A program made the translations under genes and the position numbers. Below, piece after piece: positions 1-18,526 of a DNA stretch of 64,000 nucleotides (positions are counted from its first letter, which is position 1; the number at the start of each line of letters is the position of its first letter). Origin of the DNA: Vitrella brassicaformis CCMP3155 (lineage: Eukaryota > Protista > Chromerida); assembly GCA_001179505.1 (NCBI GenBank), contig CDMY01000330.1:54125-118124 (forward strand), written 5' to 3'. The notes beneath the pieces were generated by a model. That model was not told the DNA's origin. It saw only the letters and a program-made list of their open reading frames with translations, and ran no database searches.

Positions 1-357
1 ACAGGAGTCACGCCCGCGTGTGTTTTGTGGGGGTGTATCGATCATACGATAAGCCCATCCCTCCGTGAGCACATCCATGCATTATCAAGAGTCGAGGTCC
101 GTATACGGTGAGTGGTGTGTTGTTTGGCCAACTACTTACAGCAGACAAATGAAAGACCAGAGGCACAACTGAATGAACACCTTCCTGGCTGCCTAGACGA
201 CGCCAGCAGACGATGACAAAAGGACGCAGCGATGTGTGCATGCAGTTGTGAATGTATGTCACATGTGTGTATGGCCTGTCTTTCCTTCCCCCCACACGGA
301 CCAAAGGCTTATATCTAAAACCTCTCTTGGTCATCCATCCACACCGTGATCGATCGG

Positions 358-1149
358 TTATCTCTTGTTCTGCATCGCGTCGACGTTGAATGTGCGGATG
401 GCCGCCGATGGCTCATATGTCATGATGTCTGGCTCGGCCCTCTGCCGTGCTGCGATGATGGCACTGACGGCTTTTCGCTGCGCAACGCTGAAGTACGCCA
501 GATTGCGGAGGAGGCGCTGCATTTCGTGTTGCCACAGCTCTTGTAGCTGCCGGCACTTGTCGGCTCGAATGGCCTCAAGCCTGCATGCATAAGGGGCGAG
601 AGAGAGAGAGAGAGGGAGAGGTGTCTCTGAATTCTCTCATTGGCCAACGTACTCTTGTGTGAGTTGTTTTCGCGCCTCCTCTTCATGTGCCTGGAGCTTC
701 TCCTGGAGCGCCTCTCGCTGGCGACTCTCCCATTCAGCGATTGCCTTGGCAGTCTCCTCCCTCAGCCTCCGCCGCTCATCGTCTGCCTCCTTCATAAGTC
801 GCCGCTTGAGCGCCTCGACGGCTCGCCTTAGCTCCTTGTCAACGCCCCTCATCTTGCGAGTGAGTGTCTTGACACTCTCATCAATCACCCGCAGCTGCAA
901 CAGTGATCTTGTGGCAGCGTCATTGATGCGCTGGATGCAGTCCTCACTCAGCATACTTAGCCGCTCCATGGCATCGACTTTAAGTGCCCGAGACAGCCGG
1001 TTGACTTCCTCTTCCACTGCTGTCTCCTTGACTCTCGCCAAGGTCTTGGCCCACTCGTTTAGCTCCTTGTCGATTTCCTGCCGCCTCTCTTCCCTCCACG
1101 TGTCGAGGTCCTCCTGGACGCGGTGCTCTCTAGCCCTCCGCCGACACAT
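358..1149 (-). CDS. Coiled-coil protein of unknown function (at least 2 exons; 5' end uncertain)
   Basis: ORF 637..1149 is E/R/K/L-rich. A GT(ACGT)...CATGCAG intron joins it in frame to RLEAIRADKCRQLQELWQ...NVDAMQNKR, with the stop at 358-360. Confidence 0.6.
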
Positions 1150-1260
1150 GTGCGCAGGCCGGTGGAGCCTTCACAAGCAGACGCGCAGACGGCACCGCAC
1201 AGCAAGAAAGCCCCTCAGTACATCCATAACATCCATACATAGAGAGTAATAAGGCCGCCT

Positions 1261-2235
1261 CCGGCTGTGTATCGAAGCGCCAGTGCTCGACAGCCACCGG
1301 AAGCAAGACGGGGCCGCAACCATGCAGGAAAGAGGCCGCTCAGAGTCTACCCACGGGGTCTCGGCATTTGAACTCCTGCCCCGGAATGGCATTTCAGGGG
1401 CTGAAAGGCACCATACAGCCAGACTCCCTCCCGTTCGCTGACATCAATTTGGACGACATTATCACCTTGAAGCTTGAGCAGCCAAATCCCGTTAGCCAGG
1501 ATGCGACGCCGAGGATGAGAGCCCCAGTGCAGTGTGCAGACCGAATGACGCACAAACTGCTGTATGTCGAGCCTCAAAGTTAAGGCCTCAGAACACTCTG
1601 TTGAGACGCAAGACCCCCCAGGATTGCCAGCTCACATCGGCAAGACCTCTCGAGGGGGTGGGTAACTCAGTGAGTCGCCCGCCTCGAGAGGTCCGACCCT
1701 TCCTCCTTCCTCCTAGGGCCTCGCCCCGCGGTGGTTCTTATACCGGACGTCTCCGCGAACCGAACCCGCGCCCTTCACGGTTGTGACAGGGAAGCACACC
1801 GACTGGGCTGTGCCTGAACTGACCAAATCGCGAGACCACTTCGGCTACACTCCGGCACTCGGCATCTTCCATCCATCAAATGGCCACGTGGCGCCGCCAA
1901 AAGCTCACAGGTGTCTCACAGAACACACACCACTAAGCTGGAGGCTCCAGTTATGCGGAAAAAGCTAAATCGGCTGGGGCCCCACCGCTGGGCCCCATTG
2001 CAGAGGAAGAGGCCGCACATCGCCAAGGAGGCCACTTCGATTGCAATTCAGTGTCAGAAGGCTCATCAGCGTCGAACTTGTGCAGTTACCTGCTTCTCGA
2101 GCAAGAACGAGCCGAGCTGCGACGGTTTTGGAGACCAGATTGGTGTGAGGCATCGGAGCCCCATTGCAGTGCGCACGCACATGGGAGAGCTGTGTGAGGA
2201 GCTCAGGCGAGATGGCGATGCACACGGCTCATCTT
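1261..2235 (+). repeat. Dispersed ~1 kb repeat, copy 1 (5'-truncated relative to copy 3)
   Basis: Colinear with 62935-63802 (+) and with the reverse complement of 18527-19250. Shared blocks include GACCTCTCGAG...CTCGAGAGGTC and GAGCCGAGCTGCGACGGTTTTGGA. Confidence 0.9.
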
Positions 2236-2869
2236 GGGGCGTGTCTGGCTTTGTATGCCTATCGAGAGAGGGACGGCCTGCAGGCCGAGAGCCTGGTCGA
2301 TGGCAGCCTGTATGTTGGGAGGTTTAAATCATCGATGGGACGATTCGATGCTCAAGGAAACGTGATGAGGGATGATCCAGTTGACATGCTTTCATTCCAC
2401 TTCAACAGTCCGCTCGAAAAGATCTCTGTCTTATCCTACGATCAATGCAGTTTGTAAAACGATTACGACTCGTCGACGGATACAAGTACTTTTTCGTATT
2501 CACAGACAACGGCGTCCTGCATTCGCAGGACCGGCCGATCAATACCGTCCATGAGGCAGATGAGGCAGACAGTTAATCAACCTACGGATCCCCCTCTCTC
2601 TCCTCCCCCCAGCCAACCACTTCTTTGAAGGGAGCCAATTGGCTAGCTATCACACCCACTCGCACACGCACCAAATCACCAAATCCCCATGGCACCCACA
2701 CATCGGTGCACCGCCCGTAATATGGATGGCATGGCCATGACGCGTGCTAGGCAGACAGACTGCCACAGAGAGACAGATAGAGAGAGAGAGAGAGAGATGG
2801 GGGAGGGAGGGGTCAGGCACAGCTCGCTCATTACACAACGCACGCCAAAAAGATCCACAGATACCACAC

Positions 2870-8296
<5,427 letters not shown>

Positions 8297-8573
8297 GGTG
8301 CTGTCCTCAGTTACTTCGATGCGATAGACACGCCCTTTTTCGGATTTGCGAGCTTTGTAGCTCGCAGAAGGGAAGTGAATGGGAAGGAAGGAGTACTGCT
8401 GCAGCAATCATGAGATGAGAGTCTCATTCGACGCATCTTCATCCTCCTGTACATTGATCTAGTCTAGCCGTGTGGATGGATGGCCTGCGTACGTGGTGTC
8501 CATGTCGTCTGCTGCCATCATGCAGGCTGTGATCCTGCTCCATGCATCTGCCGCCTTGACAGTGGATAGATAG

Positions 8574-10281
8574 ATGGCAGCCCTTCTGCCGGCGTTCGGG
8601 CTCGTGCACAAGGCATGCACCGGCCTGGGGACTCTGAAGAGGCTCCACACCAAGAAGACACAGGTCGATCACAGAGGCGAAGATGTGTCCATGCCATGCA
8701 CTGAGTCCTTCTTCCATCTCTCTCTGTGTGACGTGACGTGACTCAATCAGGTGTCTGAGCGGCTGACCCCCCTCCTGACGGCACTCGAGGGGCTCAAGAT
8801 CCCGTACGCCATCGCAACACGATACAGGAAGCGCCATGCCACGTCAGCCATCGTCGAGAGCCCCATGTACCTGTTCGAGTGCCTCATGAGGCAAGTGGAG
8901 GTTTTGCTGGGCACCTTCCCCACCTCTGACGATGGCGATATCGTCCTCACTGAAGACTACCTCACCTCGTTCATCAAGTAGGCGGCATCTCACAGCCACC
9001 CGGCCACACGCGGCTACCGATTGGTGGATGGACGCACTCTCTGTGTCTGTCTTCCAGGGCGCCTGGTCGTGAGGAGGCCTTGGATCTCCTCATCAAGCAG
9101 CTGGAGCTGACACAACAAGCCCTCCAGCTGGCCTTCACCACTATCACTGTGTCTGGCCTCCCGCCATGGCAGGCCATCCCATACGCGTGGAGCGATATGG
9201 GTGTGTAAGAGAAGAAGGCACGTGGGCAGACACACACACCCAGGAGCGACAAGCTACCATGTTTGCTGCGCTGTGTGTCACATGTATGTGCTTTATTCAG
9301 CGTATCACTGGGCTGACCGCCTCGTCAGTGACTATGAGATGGGACGTGTTCAGTCCATGGCCATCGCCGAGGGACGGCTCTTCACATGTGTCAACCAAAG
9401 CAAAAAAGACATCTGGTCAGTTCGTCAGAACACACACGCAAGGATGCACTGACGGATGGACGGACGCACGGACGGACGCATGCCGGTATCCGCCCATCCA
9501 TCCACCCAATGCACATTTGTTGTGCTGTTTGGCTGCAGGGTGGAGAGCACTCGGCGGTGTCAGTTCATCCTGTCCGTCGACGGCTCAGTGACCGAGCCGA
9601 CGCGAGAGGTGCCCTATCTGCTGGAGATCATCGCCGTCACCGACCACACTACAGACGCACCACAAGAGGAGGACTCGAACGGCGAGGAGGACGCCCCGCA
9701 GCCGCCCTCATCGTCAGCCGACGCCAAGAATAAGGCGCAGAGCCCCCCATTAGCCGAACGAGACGCCACTCATGTGCCCAACCTCTCTTCCAAGCTCCTT
9801 CATGCGGTCCCCTTGCACCTCCCCGACAGCCTGTCCATAACACGAGCGGCCGCTCGGAGCGTCAAACCCGCGCTGGACGAGCTGCCGTCGGGTGTGTGTG
9901 AGGATGGGGATGAGGTGATGAAGGGGCTGCCGACGACGGACCTGCACCCCCTAGATGTGTGCTACGACATGACTGTGAGCGCGACGGCGGCCCGAGGCCA
10001 GTCGAGGCTGCCGAGGCGGCTGCTGCTCATCTACGAAGGCACCTTTGTGCCACTGGAGGTGTTCGAGCTCCTGGTACTCATGGCCGCAGGTGAGTGGAGT
10101 GAAGACGCACACAGGGATGGGCAATGGACACACGAACTCTCGTGGATGGATGGATGGAGGCGTTTGCGGCTTTGTGTGTGCGTCCGTCAGATTGCCAGGT
10201 GCGTGACTCGCAGAAGGTGCTGGTGGATGCGTGGCGGCGTGTGGGGCAGCCTGACGATGTGTCCGCCCTGGCGAGTGCCGT
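8574..10281 (+). CDS. Hypothetical multi-exon protein (3' end unresolved)
   Basis: ATG at 8574 (MAALLPAFGLVHKACTGLGTLKRLHTKKTQ) splices to VSERLTPLLTALEGLKIPY...; further GT-AG-bounded exons include a long one at about 9540-10090. Confidence 0.55.
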
Positions 10282-11293
10282 GAGTACGTCCCTCACCATT
10301 GGGGGTGCATAGCCAAAGACGAGGGCTGTGTCGTTCTTGTCGTGACTCGTCGCATTCATGAGTGCATTCACTGATAGCTAACAGACAGATCGGCACGTCA
10401 GGGCGTTTTTGCGTAGGTTTGTCAGTACGTAGCCTATCTCCCACTGATGTGTTGTTCACACTTGTGGTGCGTGTCAACCGTTGGTTGAGGCGAGACGCTC
10501 ATTGCCGATCGAAAGAGAGGACCATGTGATTTAGGCAGACACACAGACATGCATACAGACAGGCCCTTGCTTCCGAAACTTGCCCGAAGGACTGATGCGG
10601 GTATCGTTGGCGCGCCGAGAGCACATCACATCACATCACATCACAGGGGCGTGCACTGCATGCGTCCACAAATACTGACTGATCATGAAACAAACGGATC
10701 CCTCAACACAGTCGAAAAATCTCAAAGACACATCCATCCATCCAGCACTCAGCACTCGACCCTCAGGCCCTCTCTCTCGCGTATGTTTGCAAACAGGCAC
10801 GCAGGCTGGCAGGCAGGCAGTAAGGCAGTCAGGGGGGAAAGGAAAAATGTCAAAAGGCGAGACTGATCGGAGAACTAGGCAGGTCCTAGCCATAGCTAGA
10901 CAGACAGACAGACAGACAGTAGCAACCAAGGGGTACGTCGGTTGGCGGATATCCATCCCCCCTCTCCCCCTCTCTCTCTGCGATGCTGCGATGTGGCCCG
11001 TGTGTCCGTCCTCTCCTCTCATCCGATCTCGTCCAACCTCCTCCCCCTCCCTACAGCAGTCAGTAAGTGAAAGAGCCAGGCAAAACTGTGAGCATCCTCA
11101 GCAGCAGCAGCACCAGAGAGTTGGTGGGGTGGGGTGGGGTGGGCGGGCCACTCAGGAAGGGGCTATCTATGCTATGTACAAGGCTAGATGGATGGATGAA
11201 TGGATGGATGGACGGAAGGCAGGCAGGCAGGCAGGCAGGCAGAGAGCCTGGCCTGGCCGAAGAGGGGAAAAACAAGCGGCCAGGCCGGCCGGG

Positions 11294-14200
11294 CTATGCT
11301 ATGCTATTCCATGCTGCCCTTGACGATTGCACCACAGCCGGCTCAGCAACCACATTCCCAGCCTCAGCCTCGCTCTGGTCATCAGCAGTATCAGCGGTGT
11401 GGTGGTGTGTGTCGTGTGTGGCCGCGGTGTGGTGTCGGTCGATGCTGGCTGAGGGCAGCAAGAGGTGGTCGGTGCCCGTGGTGCTGTACATCTCGTCTAA
11501 CAAACTGGCGTACTGCTCGCTTATCACGTGACGCTTCGTCTTGAATGTCGGCGTGAGCTGCAGGTTGTCGACGGTGAAGGGCTCGAGCACTACACGGAAC
11601 GACTTGACGCGCTCGTGGTCAGGCCGTGCATCGTCAGCGTTGAGGTGTTGCATCATCACCTGCAGTCAGGGAGGGGAAATGGATGGATCCAACCGGTCCG
11701 ATGTGTGTCTGCCGATTGTGTGTGGCCCACCTTCCTACCTCATTGAATGCTGGCCGTGACTGCAGGTCCATGGCCATCTGCCTGAGGCCCTCAGCGTCCC
11801 TCTGCTCGCGCATCAAGCGGATGCGGTCGCCCTCGTCCTGCACACACATACACACACACGCGGCACACGCAGGAACCTCACCTCCGTGTGTATGTCGTCT
11901 TGCTTACGGGCGTGATGAGGTCGTCGGCCTCCAGGCCCTCAACATTGGGCACGACTAAGGCACCGAGGAACTTCTCGTCCTGTCCCGAGAGCAGGATCTG
12001 TTCGACGAGTGGCGAAGTGAGGCACTGCTTCTCGATGTCCTCGGCATAGACATTCTTGCCGTTGCTCAGAACGATCGTGTCCTTGGCTCGACCAACAAAC
12101 AGCAAACTGCCTGAGCAATCCATCACAATGGACAGACACCCAATGAATGCAATCATACCGACATACCGCTTTCCGCTCTCTCTGAGGCTGCTGACCGTCG
12201 GGCAGTATTCTGCCGAGATCGCCTGTGTCAAGGAAGCCACCATCGTCGATCGCCTGGCACACACACACGTGTCAGGATGTGCCGATGCGGGTGTGTGCGT
12301 CCGTGTGTGTGAGCGATATGATAGGTTACCCTCTTGGTGGCCGGTTCGTCTTGATAGTAGCCGTGCATGACTTGCGGCCCCCGGAATTGCACCCTGCCGA
12401 TCTCGCCCGTCGGCACTTCCACGCCCCTCTCGTCTACAGCACGCATCTCTGTGCATGCCACAATCGGCCCGATCGCCCCACGCCGTCGAGTTTTAAGTGA
12501 TCCAACCACCACCACGGGTGAGGTCTCCGTCAGCCCATAGCCCTGCACTAGTGGGAAGCCCAGCAGACGCGCCGTGTCCTGGCAGACCACATAAACGAAT
12601 CAGTAGAGACAGTTAAGCACGGGTACGGTGGGTAACAGTGTGAGTGTGTGTGGCTACCTACCTCTGTCTGCAGGCTGAGTGCCGCCCCGCCCGACGTGAC
12701 GATCCGCAGCCGAGGGGCGAGTCGCCTCCGGAGCTTGTTCCAGAGGAGAGGGTAGGCCAGCAGCCGAAGAAAGGCTTTCCACACCAGCACCACACTCCTA
12801 GCCGACCCTGTGGGCTCTTCGTCGGCCTCAGATCCGCCTGAAACAAAGGAATATCGGTGCAGCAGCGAGGGACTCCTGTGGGGTCGGTCTTACTGCGGAG
12901 GTATGTTGGTGGTGGCTCGGTGGAGGCCCACCGAAGGGCTTTGATGAGCCTGAGAAGACCGAAGGAATGCGCGAAGGCATCTGCTGCCACACATGATCCA
13001 AACTTCTTCCTCTGTGGTTGCCCATCACACCTTCTCTTGATGCCCTTGGACTCGTTGAGCTTCCTCTCCACACTCTGATCGGTCAATGCACACGTGCGTC
13101 AGGCCAGGCAGTGCTCGTGATGTCGCCTCACTCTGCTGTGCTCGCCTGTTGGATGGCCTGAATCAGCCGTGGCACAAGAGCCATATGGTGCGGGCGCACC
13201 CGCACAAGATCCTCAACGAAGTGCCGCCGATCAGTATAGTGCATCTCCACACCACGAGCCAACCTGAACCAACCCCCCCCACCCCACCCACACACACACA
13301 CGCACATCGATGCACCTGAATGTGTTCTCCCGCAGCTTTTTCCCCTACATCCACAGCTGCAGACTGACAGAACAACGAGACCAGACAACACACACTCATG
13401 GCAATCTCTCGACCAGCAATGCGGTCCCCCCTTTTGCCATCCCACGCACGCTTTCGAGTAGATGTGCCACGGCGGCAGGATCGAGAGCAGGATCTCCCCC
13501 GACCGGGGATTGTCGCTCCTGGGCCCCCTCCTGAACAGAGCACGCCAGCCACGCCTCTTGGTGAGGTACGGTGGTGTGCGGTTGTGGTCGTCGACGGTGA
13601 TGGCGTAGATCTGGTGCAGCAGGTTGCCGTGTGTGAGCATGACGCCCTTGGGAATGCCCGCCGTGCCCGACGTGTACATGATGGTCGCGATGTCCTCAGG
13701 CGAGACCGAGGGAGGGTCGAAGGAGGGGGACCCTGGCAGCACATCGATGACATACAAACATGTATTGTCACACATAGTCGCCATGCGTCAGTCAGTCGGT
13801 CAGTCAGAGTGTTGGTGCATCTGTCTCACGTGTGTTGGCGAGCTTGTCGAATTGATAGGCAGGCGTCATTCCAGCCATGAGATACCCACTCCCCTCCAGC
13901 ACCACAATGAACTTGAGCCTTTCCAGAGCGCCCCCCGCCCCCAGCCTCCCCAGCAGCGCCTTGGCGTCCTCCGCGGTCTCCGCCACCAGACCCACGCTGT
14001 CCGAATGCTCAAACACGTACTTTTGCTCATCGGGCGGCGACGTCAGGCCGCGTGGGACCGAGGCTCCCCCAGCCTTCATGATGGCCTGGCTGGCGACCAG
14101 CCATCGATGGGAGTCCTCGGCCAGCAGCATGACTTTATCGCCTTTATCGAGCCCCAGCTGCTGCAACGCGCCGGCGAGGTTGTTGACCATGTCACGCGTC

Positions 14201-14674
14201 TGTGTGAACGTGAGGTTGGTGGGCGGCTCATGGTAGGGGTCGACGAGCAGCGTCCTCTCGCCGTATTGGGAGGCCAACACCTCCCACAACTCTGGCACGG
14301 AAGAGAGAAAGGGCTGCAGAACATACCGACAGACAGGCACACCAGAAAGGTGTGCGCGGCCGTGATGGACGTGACAGGTTCACTCACATCCTCACCAGTG
14401 TGGGGTGCTCCGGCAGCTCATTCGGGTCATACTGTGGCCGTTTTCGATTCAGCACATGATACAGCACCGCCTGACTCGCAAGTGCCGTGGCATGGTCAGA
14501 TCTACGCACACGCGTAGGGCCGAACAGACGCTCCAATGCAGCTCTCCTCTGCAGCTGATCAGATCGCCACGCGGAAGAAGAAGTGGGAGGGGCGATGGGG
14601 GAGGGGCTGAAGGCGGCCGCTGACGAGCAGCAGATCAGGAGGGCCAGCAGGCGCCATGCTATGTGTAGATGCAT
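11294..14674 (-). CDS. Plastid-targeted long-chain acyl-CoA/acyl-ACP synthetase (AMP-binding; cyanobacterial Aas / plant AAE15-16-like)
   Basis: Signal peptide [21 protein letters not shown]|F followed by a Ser/Pro/Arg-rich transit peptide. Motifs [62 protein letters not shown]. Confidence 0.92.
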
Positions 14675-14932
14675 GGTGGCCCGGCTGACAAAGCCTTCAA
14701 ATAAAGTGGCCGCCTCACGCCGCCTTCAGTGGCCTGCAGGCCCTCGACATCCACATGACGCACAAAACGCCGCAGCAGGAGGCCTGCCAGACCAACACAC
14801 ATACACACCTGCCTCAAGTGGACACCACAGGATGGAGTGCATCGAATGTCTTTTTGCATACCTTTTGGCCTCTGTCAGGTCCCTCCAACGAAGCAAGATA
14901 GAAGGGAATGCTATAAGGGAGATCTCCGCGTC

Positions 14933-15000
14933 TGCGAGCTTAGCTGCGAGCTCAGAATTAAGGCGGGTCGACCCGTGAAACCCATGGAATGTGCGAGCTT
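14933..15000. promoter_or_regulatory. Three TGCGAGCT motifs in the divergent spacer between the acyl-CoA synthetase and GGT genes
   Basis: Copies at 14933, 14945 and 14992; the same word recurs upstream of several other genes. Confidence 0.55.
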
Positions 15001-15183
15001 TGACAAGCGCTGGAAACGAAGGACGCAGGTCTGATACATGACGTGTGTTGCATCATGTTTCATGTGCCATTGTGGCTTAATGTTGTTTGACCCGGGACTC
15101 ACCGCCTTGCCGATCCTAAATCTCCGTTCTCACGAGCAGTGTACCTCAAATTTTGTCAATTGGAACATCCTGCTGGTGTAAGC

Positions 15184-18065
15184 ATGGCGGATCTTGAAGA
15201 AAACCTGGAGTTCAACTCGGTAAGACAGAGTTGCATCATAGAAACTGGTCAGATCTGGCCAGTGTGCTGTGATTGATTCATCTTCTGCAGCGGCGTTCGG
15301 CCGTCTACTCCCTGCACGGCATGGTGGCATCGTCTCAGCCGACGGCCTCCAACATCGGCCTGGACCTCCTCAAGAAGGGAGGCAACGCAGTGGACGCAGC
15401 CATCGCCGTATCCGCCGCACTCGCGTAAGGCTGGCACACCACACAGGGAGGGCGGCGGTGCTCACTGCATTCACTGTTTGACTTGCAGAGTGACTGAGCC
15501 CTGCTCGACGGGTATCGGTGGTGATTGTTTCATGCTTTACTTCAGCAACAGCGACAAGAAGGTCTACGGGCTCAATGGCAGCGGACGCAGCAGCTCACAG
15601 TACACACAGATGCTCACAGAGAGGCGGCTGCATGTCTGTCTATGTGCACCGGGCGTGTGCTGTAACTAACGTCAGGTTGACGTGTGAGTACGTGCAGCAG
15701 ACGATAGGCGCGTTTGAGGGCGACGACAGGTTCCACGCCCTCTCCGTGACGGTGCCGGGGGCCATTGCCGGCTGGATGGACGCACTTGGTAACAAGCTGG
15801 TAGCTGCCTGCCTTACACACCACTCCACCCATTGCTGCTGTGCTGTGTGCCTGATCTGGTGTGCAGATCGGTGGGGCAGCATGCCGCCATCCGACGTGTT
15901 GGCCCCTGCCGTCAAACTGGCCAGAGAGGGATTTGCTGTAGGTAAGCGAACGCAATGATCGATGGATCCGATCCACGCATCCATCGCTCTCTGCGGCGTG
16001 TGTGTCAGCCCCCCTGACGGCCTACCACTGGAAGAGGGGAGAGGCATTCATCAAACGAAACGACGAAAGGTATGACATACAGACATGCAACGACACATAC
16101 GATAGAGGCCTGTGGCACCCTATGGCACCAATCAATCAGGAGTCGCGGCGCCCTGCTGATCGACGGCAGGGCGCCGAGGGCAGGCGAGCTGTTCAGAAAC
16201 CCCAAACTGGCCGACAGTAAGCTGACACAGCCATGCAAAAGAGGAAGAAAGGCGGTATCTATCGTGTCTGTCTGTCTGTCTGTCTGTCGCGTCGTCAGCG
16301 TTGGAGCGTGTGGGTGCGGAGGGCGCCAAGGCCTTCTACACGGGGCTTACAGCCGAAGCCATTGTCAAATGCGTCAACAAACACGTATGCAGCCGGGGCG
16401 GGGCAGGGCGGGGCATGCACTGTATCCATTCACCCACCTGTCTGTCTGTCTGTCTTGTTGTTGGCCAGGGTGGCGTCATGGCCCTGGATGATTTGTCGAG
16501 CCACACGACCACCTTCCCTGAGCCAATCAGTGTCAACTACAAAGGTGAGGGTGACCACGGCTTTCATTCAGTGATCGCTCTCATGCTGCATGAATCTCTG
16601 TGTGCCTGTGTGCTCTATGTGTGTGTTTGTGCAGGGTATGAGGTGCATCAGATCCCTCCGAACGGCCAGGGGCTGGTGGCCCTCCTAGCCATGAACATCG
16701 TCAAAGGTAAACGACTGACTGACTGGTGGAGGGATACGTACCGTATGTCAGTCCACCCACTCATCCACTCGCAGGCCTGGACATTGGCTCATTTCGCCAC
16801 AACTCCGCCCCCTACTTGCACCGCTGCATCGAGGCGCTCAGACTCGCATTCGCAGACGGAAAGAGGTAACAATAACAGACCAACCTCACCCAGTGCATGA
16901 CATGAGTGTGTGTGTGTGTGTGGTTGTGTGTGTGATTGTGCAGGTACATCGGTGACCCTGAAGTCGGCCCGGCGTCTCCTGTGGAAGGTCTGCTGTCCGA
17001 CGCTTACACGCAGGACCGCATCAGGTGCGTCCTGCCTGACCGTGCCAACCCCGCCATCAAATACGGCACACCCGTGGCATCATCAAGTGAGTCGGCAGCA
17101 TCAGCCAGCCAATCTGCAACACACCTACCAGCATGTGTCTGTGTGTGTGGGTGTGTGGGTGGACAGACACGGTGTCGTTCCAAGTCGTTGACGACGACGG
17201 GAACGCAGTGTCAATGGTCAACAGCAACTACTGTGGGTTTGGCACAGGTACGCAAACGAATAGCAAACGAATAGAATACACACACAGGTGTGGTGTGTGG
17301 AAAGGTCGCTGGGTGGTGGGGTGTGTTGTGTCTGTCTGCATCTGATTTTGGCCTGCAGGTCTGATCCCTGACGGCGAGGGGTTCCCATTGCAGAACAGGG
17401 GCGCCAATTTCTGTGTGGACCGGACGTCTCCCAACTGTGCCGGGCCGAGAAAGCGGCCGTACCACACCATAATTCCAGCCATGGTGACCAAGGACGGCGA
17501 GCTGTGGAGCACCTACACCAACATGGGCGGCTTTATGCAGCCACAGGGACACCTCCAGGTGAGGTGGGCACTCACGCAATCAATGGTCTGCTCTGCATGT
17601 CTGTCTCATTCCCCTTCCCTCTGTGTGTGGATGGATGGATGGATGGATGTGTGCGATGGATGGATGGATGTGTGCAGCTGTTGCTGGATCAGGTGGAATA
17701 CGGCATGGACCCCCAGGCGGCCCTCGACCAGCCGCGCATCTGCCTCACACCTGAGAGGGACCCACCCACAGTCAGCCTCGAGGACGGCATCACCCCGCAC
17801 GTGGCCAACGAACTCAGGCAGATGGGCCACCGCATCAACGATGGTGCGGCTGTCCGCCCCGCACGACCCAGCACAAACGATGCGTAAAGGCTCGGTGCGT
17901 GTGTGTGTCCGGTTTGGCTGTGTGATGGTGCGTGCAGGTGTGAGGGGCCAGGACAGGGCCTTGTTCGGTCGTGGCCAGATAATCAACCGGACGGTGTCTC
18001 ACCGGCAGCGTGTGTGGGTGGGCGGCAGCGACGGACGGGCCGACGGCTGCTGCATGGGCTACTGA
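15184..18065 (+). CDS. ggt: Gamma-glutamyltranspeptidase, YwrD/HpxW-like Ntn hydrolase without an N-terminal TM anchor, multi-exon
   Basis: [61 protein letters not shown], nucleophile in [43 protein letters not shown]. Confidence 0.93.
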
Positions 18066-18526
18066 GTGAGTGACTGACTGAGGGAGGGACGGGGGCAATC
18101 AATGCATTCCATTGGAGCTGTGGTGGGTGCGCAGCGCAGCAGTCATGGTTGGTGCGCTTTGTGGATAAGACAAAGATGGCAGGTCCTACGGTGTGAGTGC
18201 GTGGTTGGCGACGCACATTTCAGTGGATGACTTCGTTTTGAATTGATGAGTGCACAAATGTGTACGCATATTCGAATACGCAGACCTCATGCGCACCCCA
18301 TGCATGTCGCATACCATGTTGTTCACAAACACGCCCGACCTTGAATACGTGCACAAACGCATCTGTGTCTTCAAAAAGACACTCTCAGCTCGATCAAGAA
18401 AGCCCTAAATCACGCTGGATTGACAGAGAGACGTAGATCAACGAATGCTGCTGGTCGGTGGCTGCTCCGACGATTTTGCCTGGAAGATCTCCCCTCTCGT
18501 CCCCATTTAAAGTCACATGAGTCGCA

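Noticed and set aside
659-1249. 196-aa plus-strand ORF; similar antisense ORFs at 13624-14517, 49219-49995 and 53996-54790
   Set aside because: Antisense shadows of GC-rich coding exons on the opposite strand.
2455-2580. DGYKYFFVFTDNG, resembling retroviral integrase words
   Set aside because: Too short, with no zinc finger or remaining DDE spacing and no neighbouring RT/RNase H.
8297-8407. 5' extension of the SNF2 ORF (LLQQYSFLPIHF...)
   Set aside because: It has no ATG and overlaps the inverted TGCGAGCT pair, so it is more likely promoter or UTR.
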